DNA of 57,741 nt from an uncultured Chloroflexota bacterium (GCA_903864185.1 CAIPEX010000025.1:1-57741); one strand, 5' to 3'; positions 9,340 to 19,299 are shown, numbered from the stretch's first letter. The notes: generated by a model not told the origin, from the sequence alone. A program made the numbers and translations.

Positions 9340-10587
9340 CTATCCAGCAACGACGTAGAGTTCGCGGCTTGTGAGATTGAGCTGGTCGACTGCGCGCTCA
9401 CCGCAGAGCACGATGTCTTCGATGCGCGCACCGTTCACCCCTTCAACGTAGATGCCCGGCTCAATGGAGAAGGCGTGCCCCGGGATAAGCGGCGTCGTAT
9501 TTCCGGCCACGATGTACGGATCTTCGTGCTCCTCGAGGCCGATCCCGTGCCCGGTGCGGTGGAAGAAGCGTGCCCCCTCCCCTGCCGCGTCGATCACGGC
9601 TCGAGCAGCAGCATCGACCGATTCGCAGCTCACCCCTGGGCGAACGTGATCGGTCGCCGCCTGGTGGGCGCGCTTCAAAATGTCGTAACGGCGCAGAAAG
9701 TCGTCACTTGGTGGCACCGCCCCGTTCGGGCCGGTCACCCAGAGGGTGCGGGTGGTGTCGGAACCGTAGCCGCCGAAGACCCCGCCGATGTCGAGCACGA
9801 TCGCATCGCCCGCGTTGATCACGCGCGACGAGGCCTCGTGGTGTGGTGATGCCGAGTTCGGGCCGGAGCCAACAATGGCGAACGATGAGACCTCGTGCCC
9901 CGCGCCGGTGAGTCGCTCGCGCACCTCGCGTGCCACATCGTTCTCTGTTCGACCGAGAAGTTTGCCGCTCGTGATCGCCATGACCACGGTGTCGACGGCG
10001 CGACCTGCGGCACGCAGGAGCGCCGACTCTTCGGCCGACTTCACCATGCGCAGCTTGCCGATCACTGCCGACGCGAGCTGTGTCTGCGTAATCGCGCCGT
10101 GCGTACGGAGCGCCGCCTCGATACGAATCAGGAACGTTGCCCAGAGTCGATCCGACACGGCGACGGTGCGCGCAGCGCCACCCGACCGACCGCCAGCCTT
10201 CACTGCACTCGCAACGAGTGCGAAGGGGTCGTCGGTCTCACCAAATGGAACACAGGCGACATGGCCGCCGCGCATCGCAGGAGCGTCGCCGGCCATCCCC
10301 GCCTCAAGTCGCGGAACAATCAATGTCGGCGCGCCACTCGCTGGGATCACCAGCATCGTGAGTCGCTCGAGCGCTGGTGCGGCGTACCCAGTGAGGTAGC
10401 GCATGTCGGCGCCGAAGCCGAGCAAGACGGCGTCGAGGCCAGCATCGTTCACCGCGTCACGCGCGGCGGAGAGTCGCGCCGCATACGCGGCGGGGCCGAT
10501 CAGGCGTGCCTCGAGTGCGTGCCCTGCGCCCAGGCCAGGGAGTGCGGCGGCATAGGCGGTGGAAATCTCCTGGGCTCGGTCACTCAT
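9340..10587 (-). CDS. Xaa-Pro aminopeptidase, M24 family
   Basis: Creatinase-like N domain; PHH, DIGG, SDTTRT, HRTGHGIG, EPGIY, RIED. Confidence 0.9.
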   Translation of the reverse strand: MSDRAQEISTAYAAALPGLGAGHALEARLIGPAAYAARLSAARDAVNDAGLDAVLLGFGADMRYLTGYAAPALERLTMLVIPASGAPTLIVPRLEAGMAGDAPAMRGGHVACVPFGETDDPFALVASAVKAGGRSGGAARTVAVSDRLWATFLIRIEAALRTHGAITQTQLASAVIGKLRMVKSAEESALLRAAGRAVDTVVMAITSGKLLGRTENDVAREVRERLTGAGHEVSSFAIVGSGPNSASPHHEASSRVINAGDAIVLDIGGVFGGYGSDTTRTLWVTGPNGAVPPSDDFLRRYDILKRAHQAATDHVRPGVSCESVDAAARAVIDAAGEGARFFHRTGHGIGLEEHEDPYIVAGNTTPLIPGHAFSIEPGIYVEGVNGARIEDIVLCGERAVDQLNLTSRELYVVAG

Positions 10588-10994
10588 TCGGCCTCCGGCA
10601 CTCGCGAGCCCGCTACCGGCGGCACCGGCAGGTCGAGCATCTCTGCGAGGATCGCATGTCCGCGCTCAAAGAGGGCGCGGTAGGGCATGGCACGCGCCGC
10701 ACCTGCAGCGATGAGCGCGGCGCGGGTGGCTGGATCGTCGTGCTGGACAAGCGCAAGCACGCGCCAGCCTGCCGCCGTAGCGCGCGCCACGGCATCGGCT
10801 GGGGCATAGGAGCGGCTGGTCGCGTCGATGGCGACGAGATCATGCGGAGCTGCGGTCGACCCGGCAAGCGCGGCGGTGAGCCCCTCGAGGGTGCTGTGCC
10901 GTTCAACGAGGGCGCCGAGGGTGCGCCCTTGACCTTCAATCCGCGTTGCCCAGATTAGGTCGTCGGCGAGTACGAAGAGGCGCGGTGCGCTCAC
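10584..10994 (-). CDS. Atypical stand-alone receiver-like protein
   Basis: VLADDL...DLVAID...AGA CheY-like pattern; conserved Lys not evident. Confidence 0.5.
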   Translation of the reverse strand: MSAPRLFVLADDLIWATRIEGQGRTLGALVERHSTLEGLTAALAGSTAAPHDLVAIDATSRSYAPADAVARATAAGWRVLALVQHDDPATRAALIAAGAARAMPYRALFERGHAILAEMLDLPVPPVAGSRVPEAE

Positions 10995-12022
10995 TCTACG
11001 GTCCAGGTCTCCCCGGAGGCGAGGAGCTTCTGGAGATCAACGGGGCCCTTCGCGGCACGCGCCGCCTTCGCACCATCGATCTGCTCCACAAGAAGTTGGT
11101 CGTGCGTTGGGCGCGGCACGCGACGGAAGACGCCCACAGGGACGGGGAAGTCGGGCCACCACATGCGGCTCAAGATCTGCGTCCGCGTTGCATCTGGGTC
11201 GGTCTCGTCGTGAACCCAGAGGTCGGCAACGCTCACGCCGTTCTCGCCGATCGTCACGACCTCAGGTCGCAGGCCGTTGAGTCGGATCCCCTTGTTCTTC
11301 TCGGCGCCGAAGATCATCGGCTCGCCGTGCTTGAGCACCAGCATGCGATCCTCCTTCACCGACTTGTCGGTGAAGTCGCGCCAGGCGCCGTCGTTGAAGA
11401 TGTTGCAGTTCTGCAGTACCTCGAGAAAGGCGGCGCCGGAGTGCTCGCCCGCGCGATGCATCATCTCTTGCAGATGCTCAGAGTGCGTGTCGACCGATCG
11501 CGCGATGAAGCTCGCCTCTGCCGCAGCAACCAGGTTGAGCGGAATGATTGGCGTCTCGATGGTGCCGAGCGGCGTCGACTTCGTCTTCTTGCCGATCGGC
11601 GAGGTTGGCGAGGCCTGACCCTTCGTCAGACCGTAGATGCGGTTGTTGAACATGATCATCTTCATGTCGACGTTGCGACGCATCGCGTGAATCAAGTGGT
11701 TCCCGCCAATCGACAGCGCGTCGCCGTCGCCCGTGATCACCCAGACCATCAGGTCGGGGCGCGCCGCCTTGAGCCCAGTAGCAATCGTTGCCGCGCGGCC
11801 GTGAATGGTGTGGAAGCCGAAGGTGTTCATGTAGTACGGGAGTCGACCCGAGCAGCCGATCCCGGAGATGAAGACGATCTTCTCCTTCGCGACGCCGAAG
11901 TCGGGCATCGTCTTCTGGGTCTGCGCCAAGATGGAATAGTCGCCGCAGCCTGGGCACCAGCGCACGTCCTGGTCGGATTCGAAGTCCTTCTTTGTCAGTA
12001 CGGGGAGCTCACTCTGCGTCAC
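10991..12022 (-). CDS. korB: 2-oxoacid:ferredoxin oxidoreductase beta subunit
   Basis: WCPGCGD, SGIGCS, GDGD TPP motif, NNRIYGLTKGQ. Confidence 0.92.
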   Translation of the reverse strand: MTQSELPVLTKKDFESDQDVRWCPGCGDYSILAQTQKTMPDFGVAKEKIVFISGIGCSGRLPYYMNTFGFHTIHGRAATIATGLKAARPDLMVWVITGDGDALSIGGNHLIHAMRRNVDMKMIMFNNRIYGLTKGQASPTSPIGKKTKSTPLGTIETPIIPLNLVAAAEASFIARSVDTHSEHLQEMMHRAGEHSGAAFLEVLQNCNIFNDGAWRDFTDKSVKEDRMLVLKHGEPMIFGAEKNKGIRLNGLRPEVVTIGENGVSVADLWVHDETDPDATRTQILSRMWWPDFPVPVGVFRRVPRPTHDQLLVEQIDGAKAARAAKGPVDLQKLLASGETWTVE

Positions 12023-13896
12023 TTCGCTACCTCCACACTCTCGCCGAGGAGCGACTCGGCCTTCGCTTCGATCTCACCAATCTGGAACGGCTTCCCGCGC
12101 ACGAGGTTGAAGCCGATGGCGTCAACGAGGTACTTCGAGCGAATGAGCATGCGCAGCTGCCCGGCGTTGAGCTCAGGCATCAGCACCTTATCGAAGCGCT
12201 GGAGGATCTCACCCAGGTCGCCTGGGAGTGGGTTGATGTGCCGGATATGCGCATGGCCGACCTTGCGCCCGCGTGCGCGCAGCCGCTCGACCGCCGAGCG
12301 AATCGAGCCATAGGTTGATCCCCAGCCGAGGATCAAGAGCTCGCCGCGATCATCGCCGTAGATCTCGGTCGCCGGGATATCACGCACGATGCGTGCAACC
12401 TTCTCGGCGCGCAGCAGGTTCATGCGGTGATGGTTGTCGGGGTCGTAGGAGACGGTGCCGAGCTCGTCGAGTTTCTCAAGCCCGCCGATGCGGTGCTCGA
12501 GCCCAGGCGTTCCTGGCACGGCCCATGGTCGCGCCAGCGTCTCTGGGTCGCGCTTATACGGACGGAATCCTGGACCCGTTGCGGCCGGTGCATTCTCGAC
12601 CTTGATCGATGGGAGATCGGCAACCTGCGGAATGAGCCACGGCTCTGCACCGGTCGCGAGGAAGGCGTCAGACAAATAGACGACCGGTGTCATGTGCTTC
12701 AGCGCAATGCGCCACGCCTCGATCGCCATCGTGAAGCACTCGGCAGGCGTTGCGGGTGCAACAACCGGAATCGGCGAGTCGGAGTTGCGGCCGAACATGC
12801 TCATCAGCAGGTCGCCCTGCTCGGTCTTCGTTGGCATCCCTGTCGACGGTCCAGCGCGCTGCACGTCGACAACGACGAGGGGGAGCTCGACCATCACGGC
12901 GAGTCCGAGCATCTCTGCCTTGAGCGCCATCCCTGGGCCTGACGTCGTCGTCATGCCGAGTGCGCCGCCGTATGCGGCGCCGACTGCGGCGCCGATCGCC
13001 GCGATCTCATCTTCAGACTGCACCGTCTTGATGCCGAGGTGCTTATATGACGAGAGCTGATGCAAGATGTCGGAGGCCGGCGTGATTGGGTAGCTCGCCA
13101 AGAAGAGGTCGCGCTCCGCGAGGCGTGAGGCGGTGACGAACCCGAGGGCGGTCGCCTCGTTCCCCGTAATGTTGCGATACATGCCCGGTGGTAGGTGCGC
13201 AGGCGCAACGCGATAGTGCGTGTGGAACATCTCCGTCGTCTCGCCGAACGCGTAGCCGGCATGGAGTGCGCGGCGATTCGCTTCGGCGACTGCATCTTTG
13301 CCTGCAAACTTTTCGGCGATCCACTTCTCGGTTGCGGCCATCGACCGCTCGTAGAGCCAGAACATGACGCCGAGGGCGAAGAAGTTTTTGGTGAGCTCGA
13401 TCTGCTTGCTCGTCATGCCGAGCCCCTCACACGCATTGGCAACCATCGTCGACATAGGGATCTCGTAGAGGTTGTAGCCCTGGAGTGAACGGTCCTTCAG
13501 CGGGTCGCTCTCATAGCCAGCCTTGCGCAGATTGATCTCGTTGAACGCGTCGGTGTTCACGATGATCCCGCCGCCGGGAACGAGGTCGGCAATGTTCACC
13601 TTGAGTGCAGCGGGGTTCATCGCCACGAGGACATCGGGGCGGTCGCCTGGGGTGTGGATGTCGCCACTAGAGAAGCTGATCTGGAAGCCAGAGACGCCTG
13701 GCAACGAGCCTGCTGGCGCGCGAATCTCCGCGGGGAAGTCGGGCAGGGTTGAGACGTCGTTGCCGAAGAGGGCGGTGGTGGCGGTGAACTGCGAGCCGGT
13801 CAGCTGCATCCCGTCGCCTGAGTCGCCAGCAAACCGAATCGTCACGCGATCCAGCTCGGTAATCGACTGCTGTTCTCCGCTCTTGTTCGTGGTCAC
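12019..13896 (-). CDS. korA: 2-oxoacid:ferredoxin oxidoreductase alpha subunit (gamma-alpha fusion)
   Basis: AGDSGDGMQ, PAEIR, YPITP, EDEIAA, QRAGPSTG. Confidence 0.92.
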   Translation of the reverse strand: MTTNKSGEQQSITELDRVTIRFAGDSGDGMQLTGSQFTATTALFGNDVSTLPDFPAEIRAPAGSLPGVSGFQISFSSGDIHTPGDRPDVLVAMNPAALKVNIADLVPGGGIIVNTDAFNEINLRKAGYESDPLKDRSLQGYNLYEIPMSTMVANACEGLGMTSKQIELTKNFFALGVMFWLYERSMAATEKWIAEKFAGKDAVAEANRRALHAGYAFGETTEMFHTHYRVAPAHLPPGMYRNITGNEATALGFVTASRLAERDLFLASYPITPASDILHQLSSYKHLGIKTVQSEDEIAAIGAAVGAAYGGALGMTTTSGPGMALKAEMLGLAVMVELPLVVVDVQRAGPSTGMPTKTEQGDLLMSMFGRNSDSPIPVVAPATPAECFTMAIEAWRIALKHMTPVVYLSDAFLATGAEPWLIPQVADLPSIKVENAPAATGPGFRPYKRDPETLARPWAVPGTPGLEHRIGGLEKLDELGTVSYDPDNHHRMNLLRAEKVARIVRDIPATEIYGDDRGELLILGWGSTYGSIRSAVERLRARGRKVGHAHIRHINPLPGDLGEILQRFDKVLMPELNAGQLRMLIRSKYLVDAIGFNLVRGKPFQIGEIEAKAESLLGESVEVAK

Positions 13897-13916
13897 TGCT
13901 CCTCCGTCAACTGGGT

Positions 13917-14591
13917 CTAGCGGGATCGCCGTTGGCGCTTGGGTGAGCCTACCCCATCTCCGTAGAAGGCTCGTAACTCGGCCAAGAGACGCTCCTCGTC
14001 ACGGCGCCCGAGGAAGTGCCAGAGCAGGTAGCCCGTAACACCGAGGGTCCAGAGGAGCGCTAGCGCCGGGACGATCGGCGGGATGCTCCCATCTGCCGCG
14101 AGGGCGAGACTCCCCTCGATGCCACTCACCCAGAGCACGAGCGCGCCAATTGAGTAGCCAACCGTCATTGCACTCGTAAAGGAGCTCGGACGAGCGAAGC
14201 TAAAGAAGGCGAGTTTCGGTGCGGCAGGATCGTTGAAGTAGGCCGCCTCGAGGCGGTGCGCAACAAGCGCTGCGCGACCAAGCTGCGCATTGATTGCGCG
14301 TTCCAAAAATTCTGCGTGTCGCCGGGCGAAGACCGTGTAATAAAACAGATAGCCCGCCTCAAGAAACGCGAAGGGCACGATGAATGGCACGCACGCAATC
14401 GCACGTTCGAACTGGTCCAGGTTTGAGAGTGCAAGCAGCCCGATGGCCACGATCCCCCAGATCGTGATCTGCCGAAAGAAGAGGGCCGAGTAGGCGTACT
14501 GCATCGCGCGCATGCGGCCGAGTTGCGCCTCGGAGATCCGAAGTTGGTCGCGTGCTGCTGACGTCACACCCTCATCATCGCCGATTGACAT
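13917..14591 (-). CDS. Hypothetical membrane protein
   Basis: About 4 TM segments; no recognised motif. Confidence 0.6.
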   Translation of the reverse strand: MSIGDDEGVTSAARDQLRISEAQLGRMRAMQYAYSALFFRQITIWGIVAIGLLALSNLDQFERAIACVPFIVPFAFLEAGYLFYYTVFARRHAEFLERAINAQLGRAALVAHRLEAAYFNDPAAPKLAFFSFARPSSFTSAMTVGYSIGALVLWVSGIEGSLALAADGSIPPIVPALALLWTLGVTGYLLWHFLGRRDEERLLAELRAFYGDGVGSPKRQRRSR

Positions 14592-14612
14592 AAAACCGGC
14601 AGGCGCTAGAAT
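14585..14612 (+). promoter_or_regulatory. Sigma70-type promoter for a leaderless lipoprotein mRNA
   Basis: TTGACA(14585-90)-16 nt-TAGAAT(14607-12); ATG at 14618 with no SD. Confidence 0.65.
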
Positions 14613-14617
14613 GCCTC

Positions 14618-14995
14618 ATGAAGTCAATCGCGGCACTCCTGCTCGCCCTTCTCGTCGCCGCCTGCTCGAGTGGTCCTGAGGCGACTGGGCCAGCCGCCTA
14701 CGTCATCACCCGCAGCTGGTCGAACGGCTATGAGGAGTCCGGCACGGTCTACGCCGACGGGCACGTTGTTATGGATCATGGCGGCCATGTCGAGCGCGTG
14801 ATCCTGCCTGAAGACCAGATGCAGGAGCTCGCCGCAGCGGCAGCCCTCGGGGTGGCACCTGGAAGCAATGGCAGCGATCCGATTGTTGGGGTGACGGTTG
14901 GCATTGATGCTCCCGTTAGTCCTGCAGATCTCTCCGAAGGGTCACTCGCCGAACTCTTGAATCGCGTCCTCGACTCCCACACGCTCCACCCGTAG
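14618..14995 (+). CDS. Small lipoprotein
   Basis: Signal peptide with lipobox VAAC. Confidence 0.7.
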   Translation: MKSIAALLLALLVAACSSGPEATGPAAYVITRSWSNGYEESGTVYADGHVVMDHGGHVERVILPEDQMQELAAAAALGVAPGSNGSDPIVGVTVGIDAPVSPADLSEGSLAELLNRVLDSHTLHP

Positions 14996-15002
14996 CGGCG
15001 CG

Positions 15003-15854
15003 CTACTCCGCGATCGCGTCGATCAGCACAAGGTGCCGCCCGAGCGGCTCACCGCGTCGCTCGGTAAACGTCCCGCCGAGCATCTCGCCGACCGCCTGCT
15101 CTAGGAGCGCCGCATCGAGATTCGGTGGCGCGAGGTCGATCACCGCAATCCTGCCGCCAGGAGTGAGCCAGTCGCGGGCGGCCGCCACCTGCCGTCGCCG
15201 CGCCTCCGCTGAGAGCTGACTCAACACAAAGGGGAGAACAACCAGCCCTGCCGGCGCGCCTTCTGGGCCGGCGTCGATAGCGCGTGGATGAAGATGCGCG
15301 GAGAGTCCGTGTGCGATCAGGCGGCGACGCGCGCGCTCCAGTCGCCGCTCATCTCCATCGTAGGCAGAGGTCTCGCCGCGCGATGCGAGGAGCACCGTCC
15401 AGAAGCCGATCCCCGCGCCAAGCTCCACGATGCGACCGGCGAATGGCAGCGCGTCGAGCCAGAGCACCGCGCGGTCGAGCTCTCCTTGCCACGTTGCACC
15501 GGCAAGTGGGCCGCGATCGTATGGTGCGCGATTCAAATACCACGCTTCCAGTGCATCTGGATCCTGCGGTGGCGGCAAGAGACCGAGTCGCGCCGGCACG
15601 CCCTCGCGCTCTGCTGCTGCATCAATCGGTGCGCGTGCGGCAGGCGCTGTTGTTGGAAGTGGAATGCCAACGGGTGGCGTGCCGCCAGCGCCGCGAAGGC
15701 GCAGGCCCTCTTTCAGTTTCGCGCGAAGGTACGGTTGCTCTGGTGCGCGGGTGAGGCACGATGAACAGAGGAGAGTCCAGCGCTCGAGTGCGTCAGCAGT
15801 TGGCGCAACTGCTGCGCCGCACCATGAGCACGAGAAGGGGACAAGGGCGCTCAA
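15003..15854 (-). CDS. Class I SAM-dependent methyltransferase with N-terminal CxxC...CxxC motif
   Basis: IVELGAGIG, LTPGGRIAVID; CSWC/CSSC; TTG 15854 chosen as start to avoid overlapping the ferredoxin. Confidence 0.7.
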   Translation of the reverse strand: MSALVPFSCSWCGAAVAPTADALERWTLLCSSCLTRAPEQPYLRAKLKEGLRLRGAGGTPPVGIPLPTTAPAARAPIDAAAEREGVPARLGLLPPPQDPDALEAWYLNRAPYDRGPLAGATWQGELDRAVLWLDALPFAGRIVELGAGIGFWTVLLASRGETSAYDGDERRLERARRRLIAHGLSAHLHPRAIDAGPEGAPAGLVVLPFVLSQLSAEARRRQVAAARDWLTPGGRIAVIDLAPPNLDAALLEQAVGEMLGGTFTERRGEPLGRHLVLIDAIAE

Positions 15855-15864
15855 GGCGCCAGCC

Positions 15865-16152
15865 TTAGCGCGGCTTGGCGGTATCGACCGATGTGCGCGC
15901 TGCTGTCTTGTCCTTGTACCAGGTTGCATCGATCTGGATGTAGTTTGACCACTGCGCTGGTACCGACTCGGCGGGGAAGATCGAGTTCACTGGGCACTCT
16001 GGCTCACAGGCACCGCAGTCGATGCACTCGTCGGGGTCGATGAAGAGCTTTCGGTCGCTCCCCTCTTCGAAGTGGATGCAGTCAACCGGACACACCGCGA
16101 CGCACGACTGGTCGAGGACATCGATACAGGGCTCAGCGATCACGTAGGCCAT
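15865..16152 (-). CDS. fdxA: Ferredoxin, FdxA-like 7Fe/8Fe
   Basis: [24 protein letters not shown] ... [12 protein letters not shown]. Confidence 0.9.
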   Translation of the reverse strand: MAYVIAEPCIDVLDQSCVAVCPVDCIHFEEGSDRKLFIDPDECIDCGACEPECPVNSIFPAESVPAQWSNYIQIDATWYKDKTAARTSVDTAKPR

Positions 16153-16252
16153 CTCACCAACTCCTCATCTCTTGGCCGCCGCTCTAGCAGCCTCGTGCGC
16201 CCGAAGGTACCACTTCGCACCGTGGTTTGCCCTCTGCCCCACTGGTGAAGCG

Positions 16253-16492
16253 CTACATCCCCGACGGGGTAAAGGCAGGGTCAAGGTAGCGGCTCGGCTC
16301 ATCGCCGAAGTCGAGCATGCAGCCACGCCCGCAGAACCAGAAACGCTCGACCCCTGGCTCGGCAGGGTCAACAGCGCCGACGTGCCTGCCTGGTGCCGCC
16401 GCGTTGACCAGGTCTGCCACGAGCACCGTGCTCGTGAGCGCCGCCGGCTCAACCGCAACCTCCATGCCACACACTGGATCGATTGCCATCAT
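16253..16492 (-). CDS. YHS-domain protein
   Basis: DPVCGMEV ... FCGRGC..F...P.RY. Confidence 0.8.
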   Translation of the reverse strand: MMAIDPVCGMEVAVEPAALTSTVLVADLVNAAAPGRHVGAVDPAEPGVERFWFCGRGCMLDFGDEPSRYLDPAFTPSGM

Positions 16493-17424
16493 GCCTCCTC
16501 CTCTGCTCGCTTCGCGCTCAGTGCCGCCTCGCGCCGATGAATCTCGGCCAAGGCGGGTGCAAGCGCCGCGTCGTCGCGGCCTGCCGTACGTTCAGCATCG
16601 CGCATCCACGCCGCGAGCACAACAAAGACCGCGATGAGGAAGAGGATGTCGCCGATCATCCACATCAGCGCGCCGGCAAGCTGCTGGTCTTCGAGTGGTG
16701 ACGGACCCCAGGTTCGACCGAGCGTTTCGTAGTGCGGGTAAAGGACGCGCGGTGCCCACATGATCGCGACGCCGAGGAAGCTGTTCTGCGGCATCTGCGT
16801 AATGAGATACCCGAGTGCAGCACCGCGCGAGAGCTTATGGCGCATCGGGTCGACCGAGAAGACGGGCGCCCAAAAGATCAGCGCGCAGGTGAGATAGAGC
16901 AGGTGCTCGGCATCGTGAACGAGCGGATCTTCAAGGGCGAGGTCGAAGAGCGATGAGAGATGCGTTGCCCACATCACAGCAACGAGGAGGACCCAACCCG
17001 TGATCGGATGCGTGACCGCGCCAACGGCACGACTCTGCAGCACGCGCAGGATGCGAGCACGCCGCGCCGGCGTCGCAAGTCGAAGGAGCAGCGTAATTGG
17101 GCCGGCCTGCAAGAGGAGGATCGGCACGGGGAAGAGCAAGATCAGGTGCTGCACCATGTGGACGCTAAAGAGTGCGGTGTCATACCGCTCGACAACCGAC
17201 TGCAAGGCGATGAGGGTGAGGGCGAGCGCGGCGATCAGTGCGACGCTACGACGGCGCGGGACTGGATTCCCTGGATGTGCGGCGTTCACACGTCGAACGG
17301 CGAGCCACCAGAGCACGAGGGTTGCGAGGACCGCCAGAGTGACGAGCGGAGGCGAGGTCCAGTAGCCGAGGGCGGCAATGCTCGGCTCGGGCGGCAAGGG
17401 TCCGTGGGCGGGAATCTGGCTCAC
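16489..17424 (-). CDS. ctaG: Cytochrome c oxidase assembly factor, caa3-type CtaG
   Basis: LFSVHMVQHL, WATH, HDAEH, DQQLAGALMW. Confidence 0.85.
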   Translation of the reverse strand: MSQIPAHGPLPPEPSIAALGYWTSPPLVTLAVLATLVLWWLAVRRVNAAHPGNPVPRRRSVALIAALALTLIALQSVVERYDTALFSVHMVQHLILLFPVPILLLQAGPITLLLRLATPARRARILRVLQSRAVGAVTHPITGWVLLVAVMWATHLSSLFDLALEDPLVHDAEHLLYLTCALIFWAPVFSVDPMRHKLSRGAALGYLITQMPQNSFLGVAIMWAPRVLYPHYETLGRTWGPSPLEDQQLAGALMWMIGDILFLIAVFVVLAAWMRDAERTAGRDDAALAPALAEIHRREAALSAKRAEEEA

Positions 17425-17479
17425 GGGTACAATCTACCTGCCGAGAGTTGATCCGGTGATAGCTGCGAGGTGCAAGACA

Positions 17480-17644
17480 TTGCGTAGGTTCCCAATCGCG
17501 TTCGGTGCCCTCTTCTTCCTCATTGGCGGGGTCTACCTCTACGTCTCCAACGACATCGCTGGCGCCTTCATGCTCATCACCCTTGGGGTGGCCATGGCCA
17601 CGATGACGATGATCGTCATTCATGCCATGGAGACCGACAACTAG
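17480..17644 (+). CDS. Small 2-TM protein resembling the N-half of actinobacterial oxidase subunit IV (CtaF)
   Basis: FGALFFLIGGVYLYVSNDIAGAFML; TTG start inferred after GAGG, with TACAAT upstream. Confidence 0.5.
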   Translation: MRRFPIAFGALFFLIGGVYLYVSNDIAGAFMLITLGVAMATMTMIVIHAMETDN

Positions 17645-17656
17645 GCAGACGAGCAG

Positions 17657-18757
17657 ATGGACCTCCTTCGCGCGCTCCTTGAGTGGGTGGTCTCCCTGAT
17701 CGGACCCCTCGTCGCTCCCGACTGGGCAGCCCTGATCCGCCTCATCCCCATCGGCGTCCTCCTCCTCGTTGCCAGCTTCTACGGCTGGGTCCTCCTGCGC
17801 TATCGCCGCGCGGGGACGCGCCGCGTCGGTCACCCGCCACGTGCTCCGCGCGCGCCAGCAGGCATCCATCTCCCTGGTCCAAGCCTGGCGCCGTTCCTCA
17901 TCTCTGCTGCTGCGGCGGCGCTCTTCTTCTCAGCGGCGCTTGGTGGCATCGCCCTCCTCGTTGCGGCACTCTTCCTCGTCTTCGCGTTGATCGCCTGGGG
18001 CCGCGAGGCGGTGCATGAGTACGACGCACTCGGCGGCGTCCAGAGCCAGGCGCTCATCGCTGCTGACGCAGCGAACTCGACCGAACTACTGACTCCTGCC
18101 GGGCCACCAGATGGTGTGCACCTGCCGCCACCATCGCTCCTCCCCTTCCTCGTCAGCCTCGGCGCCGCAGTAATGCTCTTTGGTGCAGCGATCGGTCTCT
18201 CGTTCGTCTTGCTTGGCGCGCTCATGACCGTCCTCGCGCTCATCGGCTGGCTTATCGACTCTGGGCGGGAATATCGTGCAGTTGCCGAAGCAGATGCAAC
18301 GGGCCATCTGGTCTCACCAGCGCCAAAGCGCGCGCCACAGTTCGTCATCGCACTGATGTCGCTCCTCTTCGTTGTGGTTGGCGGCGCGCAGGCAGGGTTC
18401 TTCGCAAGCAGCGATGTGAGCCCGAGTCCAAGCCCATCGGGCAGCACGTGCGTTGCCGACGCGACAGGCGTTCTCACCGTGTGTGCCGAGCTCGTCGCCT
18501 TCTCGGTGCCAACCATCGAGATCGCCGCGGGAGCACCAACAAAGATTCGCTTCGTTAACTACGACGCTGGCGTGCCGCACAACATTGCCATCTACGAGGG
18601 GAGCGCCGATGCCAGTGGCACGCAGATCTTCAACGGCGAGATCTTTGCGGGCGTTGATGAGCGGACCTACGACATCCCTGCGCTCAATGCTGGAGCAACG
18701 TACGCATTCCTTTGCCTTGTGCACCCGAACATGGTCGGCACGGTGGTCGTGCAGTGA
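17657..18757 (+). CDS. Membrane protein with duplicated CtaF/Cox-like hairpins fused to a C-terminal cupredoxin
   Basis: Two HLP.PS..PFL...W...EY repeats, PS linker, PHN ... CLVHPNM type-1 Cu ligands. Confidence 0.75.
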   Translation: MDLLRALLEWVVSLIGPLVAPDWAALIRLIPIGVLLLVASFYGWVLLRYRRAGTRRVGHPPRAPRAPAGIHLPGPSLAPFLISAAAAALFFSAALGGIALLVAALFLVFALIAWGREAVHEYDALGGVQSQALIAADAANSTELLTPAGPPDGVHLPPPSLLPFLVSLGAAVMLFGAAIGLSFVLLGALMTVLALIGWLIDSGREYRAVAEADATGHLVSPAPKRAPQFVIALMSLLFVVVGGAQAGFFASSDVSPSPSPSGSTCVADATGVLTVCAELVAFSVPTIEIAAGAPTKIRFVNYDAGVPHNIAIYEGSADASGTQIFNGEIFAGVDERTYDIPALNAGATYAFLCLVHPNMVGTVVVQ

Positions 18758-19299
18758 TCCCCCCGGTGCGCACAGCGCACCGCAGCAGTGCGCAACGCGG
18801 CGCGCTCACGCTCCTTCTTGCACTTGTGCTTACCCTCTGCGCCGCCTGCTCGGGCGGGCCAGGTACATCGACGAGTGACGGGTTGATCGGCCGGACGATC
18901 AGCATCCCCAACGGCACGCTCCTCGATGGTGGAACGCTCGCCTCGTTCGGCGAGGTGGCCGGCGAGCGCCGCATCCTCCTCAACTTCTGGGCGAGCTGGT
19001 GTATGCCGTGCCGTGAAGAGATCCCGCTGCTCGCCGCCTACGCGGCTGAGCCAACGAGTGGGGCGGTGGTGATCGGCGTCCTCTATCGAGACGAGGCTGC
19101 GCTCGGTCAAACCGCCGCTGCCACGCTTGGCGCAACCTGGCCGACCCTTGTCGACGCCGACGGCGCAATCGCCGCGCAGGTCCCCGTGAATGCGGCGCCG
19201 CTCACCCTCCTCTTGAACTCCGAGGGGCTTGTCCTCGACTACCAGGTTGGACAGTTCGCAACTGCAGCAGACCTTGACGCATTCGCAAGCCAGCCGTAG
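18754..19299 (+). CDS. TlpA/ResA-like membrane-anchored thiol-disulfide oxidoreductase
   Basis: LNFWASWCMPCREE; possible lipobox; GTG overlaps the previous stop. Confidence 0.85.
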   Translation: MIPPVRTAHRSSAQRGALTLLLALVLTLCAACSGGPGTSTSDGLIGRTISIPNGTLLDGGTLASFGEVAGERRILLNFWASWCMPCREEIPLLAAYAAEPTSGAVVIGVLYRDEAALGQTAAATLGATWPTLVDADGAIAAQVPVNAAPLTLLLNSEGLVLDYQVGQFATAADLDAFASQP

